From: Fibrobacteria bacterium
GTDB taxonomy: Bacteria; Fibrobacterota; Fibrobacteria; UBA11236
Assembly: GCA_050486505.1 (NCBI GenBank)
Contig: JBJHDK010000020.1
Coordinates: 1 to 35,679 of the forward strand
Direction: 5' to 3'
Length of the DNA stretch: 35,679 nucleotides
A model generated the notes under the pieces. That model saw nothing but the letters and a program-made list of their open reading frames with translations. It was not told the DNA's origin and ran no database searches. Below, one piece after another: positions 27,417-35,679 of this stretch; within the stretch, counting starts at the first letter, position 1; each line of letters opens with the position of its first letter. Made by a program: the position numbers and the translations under genes.

Positions 27417-28523
27417 ATGCGTGCGAGAACAGTATCGCTTGGATTTTTTGTTTGCGCGTTTTTCTTCGCAGGTTGTCTTCTCGAAAGAGGAGAAAACAAG
27501 GGACCCGGTACCATCCCGGATCCGACCGACTCGATCTCAAGGATTCCCCATTACAAGGATCTGGGTGGCAATCGGCCCTTCGGCAGCGAATGGACCGTTC
27601 CTTCATCAGGCACGACAAGCGCATTGAATGCTGCTGTCTGGTCGGGAAGTTTCCTTGTCGTTGCGGGCGCGGGAGGAACCATCGTGACCTCGGACGATGG
27701 CACCGAATGGACGGTTCGTTCTTCTGGTACTTCCCTGAACCTGAACTCCTTGGCCTGGAGGAATGCGCCTATGCCTTCGGCGTCAGGAATGTTGGTTGCC
27801 GTGGGGGACAGCGGTGTCATCTTGCACTCCCCGGACGGCATTGTCTGGACGGAGGCAACCTCGGGCACCTCGGCTGATTTATACAGTGTGCGCAGATTGG
27901 GCGGCCAGTTCGTGACGGTGGGTGCCAATGGCGTGATTCTGACCTCATCGGACGGCGTGGCGTGGACGGTGCGTCCGTCAGGCGTGAGCGCGGACCTGCG
28001 CTCTGTGGGGCAAGGTGCCGGGCTCATCGTGGCCGTCGGGGATGGAGGCGCAATCGTGACCTCGGCGAACGGTGGGGGCACGTGGATGGCGCAACCCTCG
28101 GCCACAACGGAAGCGCTGACGTCGGTTGCGTGGTTGAAGGACAGGTTCGTGGCCACGCGTGGCGACTTTGCTGCCATGGAGTCACCGGATGGCGCGAATT
28201 GGGAGCTTGCCGAGAATTACTTGCGGGACCATTTCTGGCTGAAGAGCTTCGGTGATCAATTGGTGGGAGAGTGGTTCACTGTGGTGCCTGGATCCTCCGG
28301 GGATGAGTTGATGCGCTCCTTTGCCCCTGCAGACGTGAGTGTGCCCGCCTTTGCTTCCTATGAGCAACGGTACTTTTCCGTAATATCTTCTGAAACTATC
28401 GAATGGATCCTGTATGTCACGGACATATTCATTGGATCCGGGCCTGTACTCATGGACGCGGTCTGGACGGGAGAGCAATTGGTGCTTGTACGCGGAGGAG
28501 GAACCATCCTCACGCTGCCGTAA
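27417..28523 (+). CDS. Second beta-propeller repeat lipoprotein (paralog of 26215-27192)
   Basis: GGAGG 27406-27410 before ATG 27417; lipobox FFAGC; shared IPHY..LGG motif and GGTILT(M/L)P C-terminus; same repeat unit. Confidence 0.85.
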   Translation: MRARTVSLGFFVCAFFFAGCLLERGENKGPGTIPDPTDSISRIPHYKDLGGNRPFGSEWTVPSSGTTSALNAAVWSGSFLVVAGAGGTIVTSDDGTEWTVRSSGTSLNLNSLAWRNAPMPSASGMLVAVGDSGVILHSPDGIVWTEATSGTSADLYSVRRLGGQFVTVGANGVILTSSDGVAWTVRPSGVSADLRSVGQGAGLIVAVGDGGAIVTSANGGGTWMAQPSATTEALTSVAWLKDRFVATRGDFAAMESPDGANWELAENYLRDHFWLKSFGDQLVGEWFTVVPGSSGDELMRSFAPADVSVPAFASYEQRYFSVISSETIEWILYVTDIFIGSGPVLMDAVWTGEQLVLVRGGGTILTLP

Positions 28524-28540
28524 GGCCAGGCCACCACGCC

Positions 28541-29542
28541 CTAATCCCACCGCAATCCCGCGGTGACGCCCCCGGCTTGCGGCCACTTGTCCAGCTGGAT
28601 CCGCTTCTGCGCCGCCGCGGCCATCATCACCCCGTTGTCACCGCAGAATCTCCGCTCCGGCAGCACGAGACGCCAGCCTTCGCGCGCGGCGAGCTCGGTC
28701 ATCTTCTCGCGCAGGAATGAATTCGCCGCCACGCCGCCCACCACGGTAAGGCGGGTTTCGTCAAGCTCGCGCATCGCCCACAGCGTCTTCTTCACCAGCA
28801 CATCGGTGATCGCCGTCTCGAGGCTTGCGCAGAAATCCGCGCGCTCGCGCAGCAAGGCTTCGGCATCGCGCTTCTGCGCTTCGCGCGCGACGGCGGTCTT
28901 GAGGCCGCTGAAGGAAAACTCCAGGTTGCCCCGTTCCATCAGCGCGCGCGGGAGGTCGAGCGCGTCGCGCCGCCCGCTTTCCGCGATCTTCGACACTTCC
29001 GCGCCGGCGGGGTAGCCGAGGCCAAGCAGTTTTCCCGATTTGTCGAAGGCCTCTCCGGCGGCGTCGTCGCGCGTGGCGCCGAGCACGCGAAACTCCAGGT
29101 TCGGCCCCACGTGCACAAGCTCGGTGTGCCCGCCCGAGACGAGCAAGGCGAGGAACGGCGGTTCAAAGGAAGGGTTCGAGAGATAGGCCGAAGCGAGGTG
29201 TCCCTCGAGATGGTTGAGCCCCATTACGGGTTTACCGAGCGCCTTGCCCAGCCCGCGCGCGAACGAAGACCCGACCAACAGGGGGCCGAGCAGGCCGGGG
29301 CCGCGCGTGTGCGCGATGACATCGATGTCCTCAAGCGCGATCCCGGCCTGCTCCACGGCGGCCTGCACCACGGGGTGGATTTTCTCCAGGTGCGCGCGGG
29401 CGGCGACTTCGGGGACGACTCCGCCGAATTTCGCGTGCGTGGCCGCCTGCGTGTACAGGGAGTCCCCCAGAACCCGGAAGTCCGCGTCGACGATGCCGCA
29501 GCCGGTTTCGTCGCAGGAGGTTTCGATGCCGAGGATGAGCAT
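28541..29542 (-). CDS. tsaD: tRNA N6-adenosine threonylcarbamoyltransferase
   Basis: MLILGIETSCDET, GGVVPEVAARAH, GPGL, NHLEGH, VSGGHT, DDAAGEAFDK, FSFSGLKT, GGVAAN, CGDNGVM. Confidence 0.97.
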   Translation of the reverse strand: MLILGIETSCDETGCGIVDADFRVLGDSLYTQAATHAKFGGVVPEVAARAHLEKIHPVVQAAVEQAGIALEDIDVIAHTRGPGLLGPLLVGSSFARGLGKALGKPVMGLNHLEGHLASAYLSNPSFEPPFLALLVSGGHTELVHVGPNLEFRVLGATRDDAAGEAFDKSGKLLGLGYPAGAEVSKIAESGRRDALDLPRALMERGNLEFSFSGLKTAVAREAQKRDAEALLRERADFCASLETAITDVLVKKTLWAMRELDETRLTVVGGVAANSFLREKMTELAAREGWRLVLPERRFCGDNGVMMAAAAQKRIQLDKWPQAGGVTAGLRWD

Positions 29543-29679
29543 GGGAAGGGGGAGGGGGTAAGAGATGGGAGGTGAGGGCAAGGGGCAAGAGGTTGGGGAC
29601 AAACAGGATGTGAAAGGTGCAAAACCCCGGCAGGGGGTTAAACGGGCGGGGCCCCCCATTCTTTGCATTTTTACCCGCA

Positions 29680-30561
29680 ATGCGCCACCAGTGGAAATTC
29701 CTGATCCTCGAAGCCTTCCGCAATCTGCGGGCCGACCGTTTTCTCTCCGTGACCACGGTGGTTACGCTCGGAATTTGCGGCTTCGTGCTCTCCTTCGCCC
29801 TCACTGCGCTCGCGTTGTTGCATGCCATGGATGCGGAGTATTCGCGTCAGGCGGCTCCGTTGCGGGTGTTCATCCATCCCGACCATGAACGCACCGCGGA
29901 CTTGCGCGATTTCGAAAACAAGCTCGCGGATCTCGGCGGGTTCGATTCGGTGGTATTCGTAAGCAAGGATGCGGCCCTGGAGGAATTCACCCGCGATTTC
30001 GGCGAGGAGATGGCCGGGTACCTCGAGGTGAACCCGCTGCCGCATTCATTCAAGGTGTACGTAACGGGGGCACCGTTGTCCGGGTCGCGGCTGCGCGAGG
30101 TGCGTGGTTACCTGCTCGACTTTCGTGAGGTCGAGGAAGTCTCGGGAAACTTCGCGCAACTGGAGTGGCTCGATCGCTGGAGGGGACCCCTGCAGGCCGG
30201 CGGGCTTTTCCTGTTGATCGTCGTGGCCCTGGCGCTTGCGCTCATCGTGCACAATGCCGTCAAGCTCAGCCTCTATGCGCGCCGCACGCTTGTGGAAAAC
30301 ATGAAATACTGCGGCGCGGGAACATTCTTCATCCACACGCCCTTCGCCCTCGAGGCGGTGCTGCTTGGTGTCGGTGGCGGTTTGCTCGGCGCGCTCGCGC
30401 TGTGGATTCAGGTGCGCGCGGGCTCCCTGCTCCTGCCCCCGCTGTCTGGCTGGGTCGATGTGACCGTGCTCGCCGCATGGCTGGTCGGCGGCATGGTTGC
30501 GGTGTCCCTCTTCGCCAGCGTGCGCACCGTGCGGGCGTTTCTGCGGGGGCGGTTGGTGTGA
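29680..30561 (+). CDS. ftsX: Cell division permease FtsX
   Basis: TM1, periplasmic domain (FVSKDAALEEF, NPLPHSF), three further TMs with IVHNAVKLSLYARR...MKYCGA...FI..PF.LE. Confidence 0.9.
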   Translation: MRHQWKFLILEAFRNLRADRFLSVTTVVTLGICGFVLSFALTALALLHAMDAEYSRQAAPLRVFIHPDHERTADLRDFENKLADLGGFDSVVFVSKDAALEEFTRDFGEEMAGYLEVNPLPHSFKVYVTGAPLSGSRLREVRGYLLDFREVEEVSGNFAQLEWLDRWRGPLQAGGLFLLIVVALALALIVHNAVKLSLYARRTLVENMKYCGAGTFFIHTPFALEAVLLGVGGGLLGALALWIQVRAGSLLLPPLSGWVDVTVLAAWLVGGMVAVSLFASVRTVRAFLRGRLV

Positions 30562-31817
30562 AAGAATTACGAATTAGGAATTACGAATTAGGAATTAAGC
30601 GCAGGAGTGAAGCGAAAAGTGGGTGTGCCGGGTACGAGCCATTGCACCTTCCTCCCTTTCTGCTGGGCTTCCTCTTCGTCTTCCTGTTCGCCACCATGGC
30701 TCCGGCGCCCATCTTCGCGCAGACGGCGACCGAGTACGACCGGCAGCTGGCGGAGCAGCGCAAGGAACTGGACGCGGTCCGCGCACGGCTGCAGCGCGAG
30801 CAACGCGAGCTCGAAGCGCTGAAACGTCGCAGCACGGCCACCCTCGGCGAGTTGAAAAAGCTCGAAGACAACATCGCGGCGACCAACCGCTACCTGCGCC
30901 AGCTCGAAGCGACGGAGCGGACCTTGGTCGCATCGGTGAATCGCACGCAAGGCGACCTGCGACAGATCGAGAACCGTCTCAAGACCCGTTCCGAAGTGTT
31001 GCAGAAGCGTGCCCGCATCCTGTACATGACCGGTCGTCCGGAGAACATCCTCTTCGTTCCGGGAAACGGCGAGGCGGGTTTCGTGGAGCGTGCGCACCTG
31101 GCACGCGCGCTGATGCGCCACGACCGCCGCCTGCTCGAGGATCACCGCCGCGACCGCGCGCTGCAGCGCGACAACCTCGAGCGCTTGAACACTCGCCGCG
31201 CCGAGCTCGAGGAATTCCAGCGGCGGCGGCAGCGCGAGATGGAGAGCTTCACCCGCGCGCGCAGCAGCCAGCAGCAGACCTTGCAGACCCTGCGCCGCGA
31301 CGAGGCGACACGCGCCCGCGCGCTCAAGGAACTTGAGGAGAACGCGAAGCAGCTCGATGCCATGATCCGCGAGCTGGAGCGGCGCCGGCAGGAGCAGATC
31401 GCGCGCGGCTTGCGGCGCGACATCGAGACGGGCGTCGAGTACTGCGCGCCGGTGCAGGGGCAGGTGGTCTCGCGCTACGGCCTGCAGAACCACGCGACCC
31501 TGGGCACCTCGACGCGCAACCTCGGCATCGAGATCGAGGGGGCGGTGCGCGCTCCGGTGCGCGCCGCAGTGTCGGGCGAGGTGGCCATGGTGACCAACAT
31601 CCCCGGCTACGGCAGGGGCATCATCCTCGACAACGGGTCAGGCTATTTCACGATCTACGGCAACCTCGCCGGCATTCGCGTGTCGCCGGGCGACCAGGTG
31701 TCCACGTGTCAGGAAATGGCGGTGGTCGCTGAAACCCCCGGCCGGGTGTACTTCGAGGTTCGGCAGGGGACGCGCACCCTCGACCCGCAGGTCTGGCTGC
31801 GGGGGGCCGGGCGGTAG
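30558..31817 (+). CDS. envC: Murein hydrolase activator EnvC family (coiled coil plus degenerate M23 domain)
   Basis: Signal-like hydrophobic stretch ending IFA-Q, long coiled coil, PVQG.V...YG, NLGIEI and YGNL lacking the M23 zinc histidines, YFEVR; follows ftsX. Start uncertain (GTG 30558 overlapping the ftsX stop, or TTG 30642). Confidence 0.85.
   Translation: MKELRIRNYELGIKRRSEAKSGCAGYEPLHLPPFLLGFLFVFLFATMAPAPIFAQTATEYDRQLAEQRKELDAVRARLQREQRELEALKRRSTATLGELKKLEDNIAATNRYLRQLEATERTLVASVNRTQGDLRQIENRLKTRSEVLQKRARILYMTGRPENILFVPGNGEAGFVERAHLARALMRHDRRLLEDHRRDRALQRDNLERLNTRRAELEEFQRRRQREMESFTRARSSQQQTLQTLRRDEATRARALKELEENAKQLDAMIRELERRRQEQIARGLRRDIETGVEYCAPVQGQVVSRYGLQNHATLGTSTRNLGIEIEGAVRAPVRAAVSGEVAMVTNIPGYGRGIILDNGSGYFTIYGNLAGIRVSPGDQVSTCQEMAVVAETPGRVYFEVRQGTRTLDPQVWLRGAGR
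30565..30599 (+). repeat. Heptamer tandem array x5 at the ftsX/envC junction
   Basis: AATTACG AATTAGG AATTACG AATTAGG AATTAAG. Confidence 0.9.
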
Positions 31818-31829
31818 TCCTCACCCCCT

Positions 31830-31876
31830 CCCCTCCCCCTCTCCATCGCGCAAGCGAAGATGGAGAGGGGGAGGGG
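31830..31876. repeat. Perfect 18-bp palindromic stem (REP-like hairpin or possible terminator) after envC
   Basis: CCCCTCCCCCTCTCCATC-gcgcaagcgaa-GATGGAGAGGGGGAGGGG; no U-tract on the plus strand. Confidence 0.7.
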
Positions 31877-31954
31877 GGAGGAAAGTGACCGTGGTCACAT
31901 CAAATCGTCCGGCCTCATCCAGCAGGGAAAATCCTGAGTAGCTTTCCCCCTCCC

Positions 31955-33181
31955 ATGCAGATTTCGTTTCCCCGCACGCTCGGCCAGGAGGCCTCCAAGG
32001 AACGCCTGCGCCAAGCGCTCGTGCGCGGCCGTTTCCCCCACGCGCTTTTGGTGCACGGCCAGTCCGGGCTGGGCCAGCACGCCCTGCTGCTCGATCTGGC
32101 CCAGATCCTCGTCTGCGAGCATCCGGAAACCCGCCCCTGCGGCGCCTGCGTCGGATGCCGGGGGTTCGTCGCCCAGTCCCTCGAAAACATCCTGTACCTG
32201 ATGCCCCTTGTGAGCAAGGAAAAGCGCAGCGAAGCCGCTGACCGCGAAACACGTGAGGACGACGGCGGCGAGAGCCTGGAATCGGGGCAGATCGACGAGC
32301 TTTTCGAGAGACTCCAGGCGTTGTACGCGTCTCCATACGGATTTTCCTGTCCCGACAAGGCAGCGGTGACGGTGGGGCAAGCCAGGCATCTGATCTCCCG
32401 TTTGGGGTACGCCGAGGGCGGCGGCCGGCCGCGTCCCGTGATCGTCCCGTATTTCGAGGCCCTGAATCCGGCCGCCGCCAACGCCCTGCTCAAGACGCTC
32501 GAGGAGCCGCCCGCCAACGTGTATTTCCTCATCGCCAGCGATCGGCGCGACTCCCTGTTGCCGACCCTGTGGTCGCGCTGCATGCACCTCGGCCTGCCGC
32601 CGCTACCTCCGGAAGAATTTCGGCGGGCGGCGGAGTCCCTTGTCCGGGGAGCTGGCCTGGAGCCGATCCCCCGCCTGGAGCCCTTCGCCGAAGGGTCCCC
32701 CGGCATCTACCTGGGGTTGGTTGAAAACGGGGGAGAGGAGTTGCTTGAGGAAGCGCTGCGTTTCCTCTCCGCGACCTCCGATTGGCGGGTGTTTGCGGAT
32801 TATGCGTCGGAACTCCCCGGTGGCGCAGAAGGTTTGGCCCGCACCGCGCGCCTGTTGCATTTCCTGTTGCGCATGGCGCGCGCGCACCAGGTGTTGCGGG
32901 CCCGCCATCCCGGCGCACCCTCGGGCGTGGCGGAAGGGTTTCGCTGGACGGCGGCCGCGCTCGCGGCGGAAGGTTGGGACGACTCCCTGACGGCCTGGCT
33001 CGGGCCCTTCGAGGACATCGCCGATCCCGCGGCGTTCGTCTCCTTTCTGGAATCGGCGCACCATGCGGTGCTGGGGTACGCCCGGCCGCAGATGGCCCTG
33101 TTGGGCGGCTTTCTCGACTATGAACGCCACGTTGCGCGTTCCGCCGCCGCGATGGCGACGCACGGGATGGCGGCGGCATGA
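31955..33181 (+). CDS. holB: DNA polymerase III subunit delta' (clamp loader)
   Basis: FPHALL.HG.SGLG (degenerate Walker A), Zn cluster CEHPETRPCGACVGC, AANALLKTLEEPP, LLPTLWSRC. Confidence 0.85.
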   Translation: MQISFPRTLGQEASKERLRQALVRGRFPHALLVHGQSGLGQHALLLDLAQILVCEHPETRPCGACVGCRGFVAQSLENILYLMPLVSKEKRSEAADRETREDDGGESLESGQIDELFERLQALYASPYGFSCPDKAAVTVGQARHLISRLGYAEGGGRPRPVIVPYFEALNPAAANALLKTLEEPPANVYFLIASDRRDSLLPTLWSRCMHLGLPPLPPEEFRRAAESLVRGAGLEPIPRLEPFAEGSPGIYLGLVENGGEELLEEALRFLSATSDWRVFADYASELPGGAEGLARTARLLHFLLRMARAHQVLRARHPGAPSGVAEGFRWTAAALAAEGWDDSLTAWLGPFEDIADPAAFVSFLESAHHAVLGYARPQMALLGGFLDYERHVARSAAAMATHGMAAA

Positions 33182-34905
33182 TCGTGCCCGCGAACCCTTC
33201 GGGGAACGAGGCTGCGGACATCCCCCGGATCGTGCCGCCGCCGCCGCCCGCCGACGAAGCCTTGCGCCGCGCCCTGGCGAAGGAGATCAACGGCCCGCTT
33301 TTTATCGCCGACTTGTTGTTGCTGCGCGGCATCCGCGACAAGGAAGCGGCGCGCGCCTTCTTCCTGCCGGAACCTCCGCCGGTTCACGATGGCGGAATGC
33401 TCGGCCTTGCCCGCGCGGTCGAACTGCTGCGCGCTGCGCGCGCGGCGGGCGAACGCGTGGCCGTGCACGGCGACTACGACGTGGACGGCGTGACCGGCGC
33501 GGCGCTGCTCTATCTCGGCCTGCGCGACCTCGGCTTCGACGCCGACTGGATCCTTCCCAACCGCTTCGACGGCGGCTACGGCCTCACGCGGCGCACCCTC
33601 GACCAACTCGCGGAGCGCGGCGCGCGCTGGGTGGTTTCGGTGGACACGGGCGTGTCGGCGGTGGAAGAGACGGAGTATGCGCGCTCGCTGGGGTTGCGTG
33701 TCATCATCACCGACCACCATCAGGCGCCTCCGGTGCTGCCCGATGCCGAAGCCATCATCAACCCCAACCAGCCCGGCTGCCCCTATCCCAACAAGGGGAT
33801 CTCAGGCTGCGGGGTCGCCTACCGTTTGCTCGAGGCCCTGCACGCGGCGGATGGAAAGCCCGCGCCGGAACAGCACCTCGACCTGCTTGCCCTCGGAAGC
33901 CTCGCCGACAGCGTTCCCGTGCACGGGGAGAATCGCGGCCTCGTGCGCGCGGGCCTGCGCCGCATGGCCTCGTCCGCGAACGTGGGATTGCGCGTGCTGC
34001 TCGAGCGCACCGGCGTCGATCCGTCGACGCTGACGAGCAGCGAAATCCTGTTTCGCGTGACTCCGTTGCTCAATGCCACGGGTCGCATGGGGAGCCCGGA
34101 AACCAGTCTCAAGTTGTTTCTCTCCGCGGACGAGCGCGAGGCGCACCGCCACGTCGATCGCATGGAGACGCAGAATGCGCGCCGCCGCGAGCTCGACCAG
34201 GCCAACACCACTGCCGCCATCGGGATGGTGGAATCCGGCATGCGCGACGACGCCTGTCTGGTCGTGCATTCGGAGGATTGGCACGAAGGTGTGATCGGCA
34301 TCGTGGCGGCGCGCCTCGTCGACCGCTACCGTCGCCCCTCCTTCGTACTCTCGGTCGACGAACACGGCATGGCCAAGGGGAGCGGTCGCACGGTGCGGGG
34401 CTTCAACCTGCACGAGGCGCTGGCCGCGCGCCCCGAGTTGTTCGAGAAGTGGGGCGGCCACGCCTTCGCCTGCGGCTTCTCCGTGCATCGCGACCGCATC
34501 CCCGAGTTGCGTTCCCACCTCATCGCCCGCGCGCGCGAAGCCTTCGCCGCCGGTCCGCCGGAACACGAAGTGAAGCCGGCGATCGCGGTGTCGCTCGAGG
34601 AAATCACCCCGGAAGGGCTGTTGTGGTTGCGTCGCTTCGAGCCCTTCGGGCCGCGCAACGAGGCCCCGTTGTTTTATGCGGAGGGGGTTTCCCTCGAGGG
34701 CACGCCGCGCACGGTGGGCGAAAAGCATCTGAAGTTCGCCGTGCGCGCGGGAGGGGTCGCGCTTGATGCCATCGGCTTCAACCTCGGGCATTTGCTCGAC
34801 CGGCTCGAGGGGCGCTCCCGCATCGATCGCCTCGTCTTCTACCCGGAGTGGAATACCTTTCGCGGTCGCAGGAACATTCAGCTTCGGGTTGCGGCGGTGG
34901 AGTAA
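33178..34905 (+). CDS. recJ: Single-stranded-DNA-specific exonuclease RecJ
   Basis: GDYDVDG, PNRF..GYG, VDTG, ITDHH, NPN, LNATGR, WHEGVIGIVA.RL, GSGR, GGH, EPFG..N, HLK; ATGA overlap with holB. Confidence 0.96.
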   Translation: MIVPANPSGNEAADIPRIVPPPPPADEALRRALAKEINGPLFIADLLLLRGIRDKEAARAFFLPEPPPVHDGGMLGLARAVELLRAARAAGERVAVHGDYDVDGVTGAALLYLGLRDLGFDADWILPNRFDGGYGLTRRTLDQLAERGARWVVSVDTGVSAVEETEYARSLGLRVIITDHHQAPPVLPDAEAIINPNQPGCPYPNKGISGCGVAYRLLEALHAADGKPAPEQHLDLLALGSLADSVPVHGENRGLVRAGLRRMASSANVGLRVLLERTGVDPSTLTSSEILFRVTPLLNATGRMGSPETSLKLFLSADEREAHRHVDRMETQNARRRELDQANTTAAIGMVESGMRDDACLVVHSEDWHEGVIGIVAARLVDRYRRPSFVLSVDEHGMAKGSGRTVRGFNLHEALAARPELFEKWGGHAFACGFSVHRDRIPELRSHLIARAREAFAAGPPEHEVKPAIAVSLEEITPEGLLWLRRFEPFGPRNEAPLFYAEGVSLEGTPRTVGEKHLKFAVRAGGVALDAIGFNLGHLLDRLEGRSRIDRLVFYPEWNTFRGRRNIQLRVAAVE

Positions 34906-34910
34906 GTTGG

Positions 34911-34945
34911 AATTACGAATTACGAGTTAAGAATTACGAATGAGG
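34911..34945 (+). repeat. Heptamer tandem array immediately after the recJ stop
   Basis: AATTACG AATTACG AGTTAAG AATTACG AATGAGG. Confidence 0.88.
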
Positions 34946-35020
34946 GGGGGGACTGAATGGCGAAGTTCTGTGATTCATTTGTAATGCGTGAATGTGCATC
35001 GAACAGTCTCAATCCTTGCG

Positions 35021-35069
35021 TTCAATTCTTAATTCTTAATTCCTAATTCTTAATTCGTAATTCGACATT
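35021..35069 (-). repeat. Inverted heptamer array before the next gene
   Basis: TTCAATT CTTAATT CTTAATT CCTAATT CTTAATT CGTAATT CGACATT. Confidence 0.88.
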
Positions 35070-35091
35070 CCACTCGCCCTTCCATTCCGCC

Positions 35092-35679
35092 ATGCTTCGG
35101 TTCATCCGTCACATCCCCTCCCGGTTGCGCACCGGAATCCTCTGGTACTGGGCGGCATTCACGGCATTCGGGCTTTGGCTTTCGAACCGTCCGCCTTTCA
35201 CGCGCTTTCTCGACTTCTGGGAAACGATCCCCTGGCTTCTGTTCCTGTTTCTCCTCGCAGGGGTTCCCGCGCTTCGCAACCTGCTGGGTCAACTCGATGC
35301 GGGGCGACGCGCGCTTGTCCTTGTGTTTTTCGCGCTGCTGTTCGCAGGCCAGATCGCTTCCGACAGCAAACGCACCTGGCCCTTCGTGCAGTGGAAGATG
35401 TACACCAGCTTTCGGCCGGGCACGACCTACCTCGAATACGAGGTCCGCTTCGCTTCCGGAGAGCGGGATCATTACCCCTTTAATGCGGTGGGCCCGAAGT
35501 CGTCCCCCCGTGCTTTCATGGGTCGCTTTCATCGCGGCTTCGACCGTGTCACCGAAATCCCCGCCCCGGGGGTTCCCGACACGAATGTGGTGGCACTGAT
35601 GGACGACATGCGCCACCTGATCAGGGTTTACAACGTGCGCCATCCCGATAACCCCATCGTCGGCATGGCGGTGTACCAT
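35092..35679 (+). CDS. Membrane protein of unknown function, truncated by the window end (absent from the ORF track)
   Basis: Manual translation open from ATG 35092 to the end: MLRFIRHIPSRLRTGILWYWAAFTAFGLWL...WLLFLFLLAGV...ALVLVFFALLFAGQI..KRTWPFVQWKMYTSF...; about three TM helices then a soluble region. Confidence 0.7.
   Translation, partial: MLRFIRHIPSRLRTGILWYWAAFTAFGLWLSNRPPFTRFLDFWETIPWLLFLFLLAGVPALRNLLGQLDAGRRALVLVFFALLFAGQIASDSKRTWPFVQWKMYTSFRPGTTYLEYEVRFASGERDHYPFNAVGPKSSPRAFMGRFHRGFDRVTEIPAPGVPDTNVVALMDDMRHLIRVYNVRHPDNPIVGMAVYH

Noticed and set aside
23041..35069. AATTAAG-type arrays as CRISPR repeats
   Set aside because: Units are 7-nt head-to-tail with no spacers, and no cas genes are present.
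35050..35679. 209-aa minus-strand ORF at the window end
   Set aside because: The plus-strand frame from 35092 gives a coherent membrane protein; the minus ORF ends within the repeat array and looks like its shadow.

Overview
GC-rich bacterial chromosomal segment; the gene set suggests a Gram-negative FCB-group (Fibrobacterota-like) organism, which is inference only. In order: a small helical protein; two tandem paralogous multi-PAS hybrid histidine kinases; a minus-strand pair encoding a six-hairpin glycosidase and a PHP-phosphoesterase/GT4 glycosyltransferase fusion; a BrnT/BrnA-type toxin-antitoxin pair translationally coupled to bioA; a hidden pseudo-receiver gene; a coupled SAM-methyltransferase-bshC-bshB1-bshA operon (bacillithiol, probably N-methyl-bacillithiol) converging on ytxJ/brxC; hisB, rodZ-like, maf and lptD; a small island of beta-propeller lipoprotein paralogs with an internally deleted copy, a poly-G promoter and an orphan T9SS-like C-terminal domain; tsaD, ftsX, envC, holB, recJ and a truncated membrane-protein gene. 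A family of 7-nt tandem repeats (AATTAAG/AATTACG) sits at gene junctions, twice as inverted pairs. No rRNA, tRNA, CRISPR array or transposase was recognised.
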